Shown one piece after another: positions 33,111-37,092 of a stretch of DNA of 37,092 nucleotides. The notes below the pieces were generated by a model. The model searched no databases and was not told the origin of the DNA. It was given only the letters and a program-made list of their open reading frames with translations. Position 1 is the first letter of the stretch. The number at the start of each line of letters is the position of its first letter. Source of the stretch: Nemertoderma westbladi (lineage: Eukaryota > Animalia > Xenacoelomorpha); assembly GCA_032718475.1 (NCBI GenBank), contig JAUCBJ010007074.1, positions 1 through 37,092 of the forward strand, given 5' to 3'. The translations under genes were made by a program, and so were the position numbers.

Positions 33111-34252
33111 AATTCAACATCAAAATTCAACCAAATGACATCACTGAGGGGGGAATAGAATGTACTAATAATTGATGACATAATTCATATAATTAATAAT
33201 TAAGTAAAGCTAAAAATGAGGTGTTTGCCAAATGCTGGTAGAGCCCTACCCCTCCTCCAGCAAATTTAGGTATTTCCTAGCGGTAAACACGTGGGTAATA
33301 CCTACTTTTAGTTTTGTGAATATCATTAGATATATACCATATGTTTACTGGCAATCATGTCCAATAATTACCTAGTAAACACATCTAGCAAAGACCTCTA
33401 TCAGTGGTATTTACCACGTGTTTGCCTTTCGTGAATACGGCTACTGGATAATAATATTATATATATGTAAAGGTGGCACTTTGCTGCCATGGGGGTTAAG
33501 TTATAATTACAGTATTTAAAGGCGGCATTAAGAGCATTGTCATGAATTATGAACACGAGTACGTGTCGTGACAATACGTGTGATGAACTCGTACCATGTT
33601 GGTACGCAAAGTGTTAAAGGCAAATAGGTCTATGATACAGTTGCTGAAGTTAGTAACGTTGTAGCAGGACGATCTAGCTGGTTTTCTGCTCTTTTATCTG
33701 GGTCAGTACAAAACGAAGACCAAGGACATACAAAACTAAGAGGTAAAGTAGCGATAGGTCTCATTGGCATTTAAAGGAGCAGGTTAGTAAAGGAGCAGGT
33801 TACATAGTCATAGTTGGGGGAACCAAAACAATAAACGAAAGTTATCACATGTGTTTCGTACAGGTCTTAAGTCTTTTGGGTCTTGTGTATTTGTTTTGTA
33901 CTCACCCTTTTGTATTTATTATTGCACGCTTGTAGCAAATTATTATTGCCAATCTGCTGTTCTATGTACTAATACCGTTGTGGACACCCAAGAGTCTATA
34001 GATCGGATTAGAGACCAAGTTTATTTTGCACATTTTTTGACAATAATGCATTACGTGCTACGTAATGGGGGAGGCATGATTATACGAGATAGGGTGTTAA
34101 AAGATTGGATGTTACGATATGGAATAAAACGAAATATTACAATAATCCTTTTCTTCTATTTCGTGAAGCAATGATTCAAATTTATAATGCCCTGCTGCTG
34201 TACATTCAATATAGAAGAAATTTCGAATTCACAGCTCTGAAGAAGTACATTT

Positions 34253-34478
34253 GTTGGGTGAATTCTTAGCCCGCGAGTGTTCTAAGCACGCGAGTATTCT
34301 TAGCCCGCGAGTTAGTAAAGGAGCAGGTTAGCAAAGGAGCAGGTTTCAGAGGAGTATTGAGGGAACCAAAACAATAAACGTTATTGTTTCGCGGGCTAAG
34401 AATACCCATGGGCTAAGAATGCAAGGCTAAGAATACCCACGTCCTAAGAATACTCGCATGCTAAGAATTCCTGAGACC
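34253..34478. mobile_element. Small MITE (MuDR-like or hAT-like) with about 16-bp subterminal repeats
   Basis: Inverted arrays ATTCTTAGCCCGCGAG and CGCGGGCTAAGAAT, with an 8-bp flanking duplication GTACATTT at 34245-34252 and 34479-34486. Confidence 0.65.
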
Positions 34479-34744
34479 GTACATTTACAAAGAAATTGAG
34501 CCTGGAAATTGCTTTATCGACCACCTTATAATAAATATATAATAAGAATAATTTCCCATTCATCATTCATATAATTTGTTCAACAACTTATACAATTAAA
34601 AATTAGTGATATTCGATGTTTCATTAAAAGCACTATAATATAACATCGCGATCTTAAATATTCAATTTGTTAGCAGGGCACATAAATTACCAGTAGACCC
34701 TATACAAAACGAGAAGATAATCTGATGCATATTGTCTCATAAAT

Positions 34745-37092
34745 AACGTTATTATTTGTCTGTCTCTCCTTTACAACGTTATGTATATGTGTCTCCTAAA
34801 CAACGTTATGTATATATGTCTCCTAAACAACGTTATGTATATGTTTCTCCTAAACAACGTTATGTATGTATGTCTCCTAAACAACGTTATGTATATGTGT
34901 CTCATAAACCACGTTATGTATATATATGTGTCTACTAAACAACGTTATGTATATGTGTCTCCTAAACAACGTTATGTATATGTGTCTCCTACACAACGTT
35001 ATGTATATGTGTCTCCTAAACAACGTTATGTATATGTATGTGTCTCCTAAACAACGTTATGTATATGTCTCCTAAACAACGTTATGTATATATATGTGTC
35101 TCCTAAACAACGTTATGTATATGTGTCTCCTAAACAATGTTATGGTTATGTATCTCCTAAACAACGTTATGTATATGTGTCTCCTAAACAACGTTATGTA
35201 CATATATGTGTCTCCTAAACAACGTTATGTATATGTGTCTCCTAAACAACGTTATGTATATTTGTATGTGTCTCCTAAACAACGTTATGTGTATATGTGT
35301 CTCCTAAACAACGTTATGTATATATATGTATCTCCTAAACAACGTTATGTATATGTGTCTCCTAAACAACGTTATGTATATGTGTCTCCTAAACAACGTT
35401 ATGTATATATATGTGTCTACTAAACAACGTTATGTATATGTGTCTCCTAAACAACGTTATGTATATGTGTCTCCTAAACAACGTTATGTATATATGTCTC
35501 CTAAACAACGTTATGTATATGTGTCTCCTAAACAATGTTATGGTTATGTGTCTCCTAAACAACGTTATGTATATATATGTGTCTCCTAAACAACGTTATG
35601 TATATGTGTCTCCTAAACAACGTTATGTATATGTGTCTCCTAAACAACGTTATGTATATGTGTCTCCTAAACAACGTTATGTATATGTGTCTCCTAAACA
35701 ACGTTATGTATATGTGTCTCCTAAACAACGTTATGTATATGTGTCTCCTAAACAACGTTATGTATATGTCTCCTAAACAACGTATGTATATATGTCTCCT
35801 AAACAACGTTATGTATATATGTCTTCTAAACAACGTTATGTATATGTTTCTCCTAAACAACGTTATGTATGTATGTCTCCTAAACAACGTTATGTATATG
35901 TGTCTCATAAACCACGTTATGTATATATATGTGTCTACTAAACAACGTTATGTATATGTGTCTCCTAAACAACGTTATGTATATGTGTCTCCTACACAAC
36001 GTTATGTATATGTGTCTCCTAAACAACGTTATGTATATGTATGTGTCTCCTAAACAACGTTATGTATATATATGTGTCTCCTAAACAACGTTATGTATAT
36101 ATGTCTCCTAAACAACGTTATGTATATGTGTCTCCTAAACAACGTTATGTATATATATGTGTCTACTAAACAACGTTATGTATATGTGTCTCTTAAACAA
36201 CGTTATGTATATGTGTCTCCTAAACAACGTTATGTATATGTGTCTCCTAAACAACGTTATGCATATATGTCTCCTAAACAACGTTATGTATATGTGTCTC
36301 CTAAACAATGTTATGGTTATGTGTCTCCTAAACAACGTTATGTATATATATGTGTCTCCTAAACAACGTTATGTATATGTGTCTCCTAAACAACTTTATG
36401 TATATGTGTCTCCTAAACAACGTTATGTATATGTGTCTCCTAAACAACGTAATGTATATGTGTCTCCTAAACAACGTTAGGTATATGTGTCTCCTAAACA
36501 ACGTTATGTATATATGTCTCCTAAACAACGTTATGTATATATGTCTTCTAAACAACGTTATGTATATGTGTCTCCTAAACTACGTTATGTATATATGTCA
36601 CCTAAACAACGTTATGTATATGTGTCTCCTAAACAACGTTATGTATATATGTCTCCTAAACAACGTTATGTATATGTGTCTCCTAAACAACGTTATGTAT
36701 ATGTTTCTCCTAAACAACGTTATGTATGGATGTCTCCTAAACAACGTTATGTATATGTGTCTCCTAAACAACGTTATGTATGTGTCTCCTAAACTACGTT
36801 ATGTATATATGTCTCCTAAACAACGTTATGTATATGTGTCTCCTAAACAACGTTATGTATATGTCTCCTAAACAAGTTTATGTATATGTGTCTCCTAAAC
36901 AACGTTATGTATATGTTTCTCCTAAACAACGTTATGTATGTATGTCTCCTAAACAACGTTATGTATATGTGTCTACTAAACAACGTTATGTATATGTGTC
37001 TCCTAAACAACGTTATGTATATGTGTCTCCTAAACAACGTTATGTATATGTGTCTCCTAAACAACGTTATGTATATATGTCTCCTAAACAAC
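34745..37092. repeat. 27-bp minisatellite or satellite GTCTCCTAAACAACGTTATGTATATGT, running off the window end
   Basis: More than 80 tandem units, with length variants (about 23-31 bp) from (TA/TG)n slippage. Confidence 0.97.

Noticed and set aside
33280-33620. Short inverted repeat with CACGTG (33282/33406) and TTAA-flanked piggyBac-like ends
   Set aside because: No matched TIR pair with a TSD could be established.
34756-37091. Many ORFs with 9-aa repeats, or a CRISPR-like array
   Set aside because: These are translations of a 27-bp satellite. There are no unique spacers and no cas genes, and the context is eukaryotic.

Overview
Eukaryotic, probably invertebrate, DNA made up almost entirely of nested transposable elements. 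The centrepiece is a young 13.8-kb head-to-tail tandem of a Penelope-like retroelement (9148-22991, Neptune-like RT plus GIY-YIG) with a 12-bp TSD. It has three pseudo-LTRs, each with 127-bp and 55-bp repeat arrays and a minimal hammerhead ribozyme. Copy 1 is interrupted by a deleted Sola2-type DNA transposon (TATA TSD) and copy 2 by a 1-bp frameshift. Other elements: a full-length frameshifted P-superfamily THAP element with 71-bp TIRs, a 7-bp GTACTAC TSD and RFX X-box-like subterminal repeats, nested in a long-TIR MITE; several RTE-clade LINE fragments; a decayed BEL/Pao element; Harbinger remnants; and a 27-bp satellite with a ~1-kb higher-order duplication. One host exon (signal peptide plus CUB start) lies on the minus strand. 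The window opens with an unassigned zinc-knuckle-rich coding region followed by a possible PPT/LTR. All calls are by eye; no searches were run.
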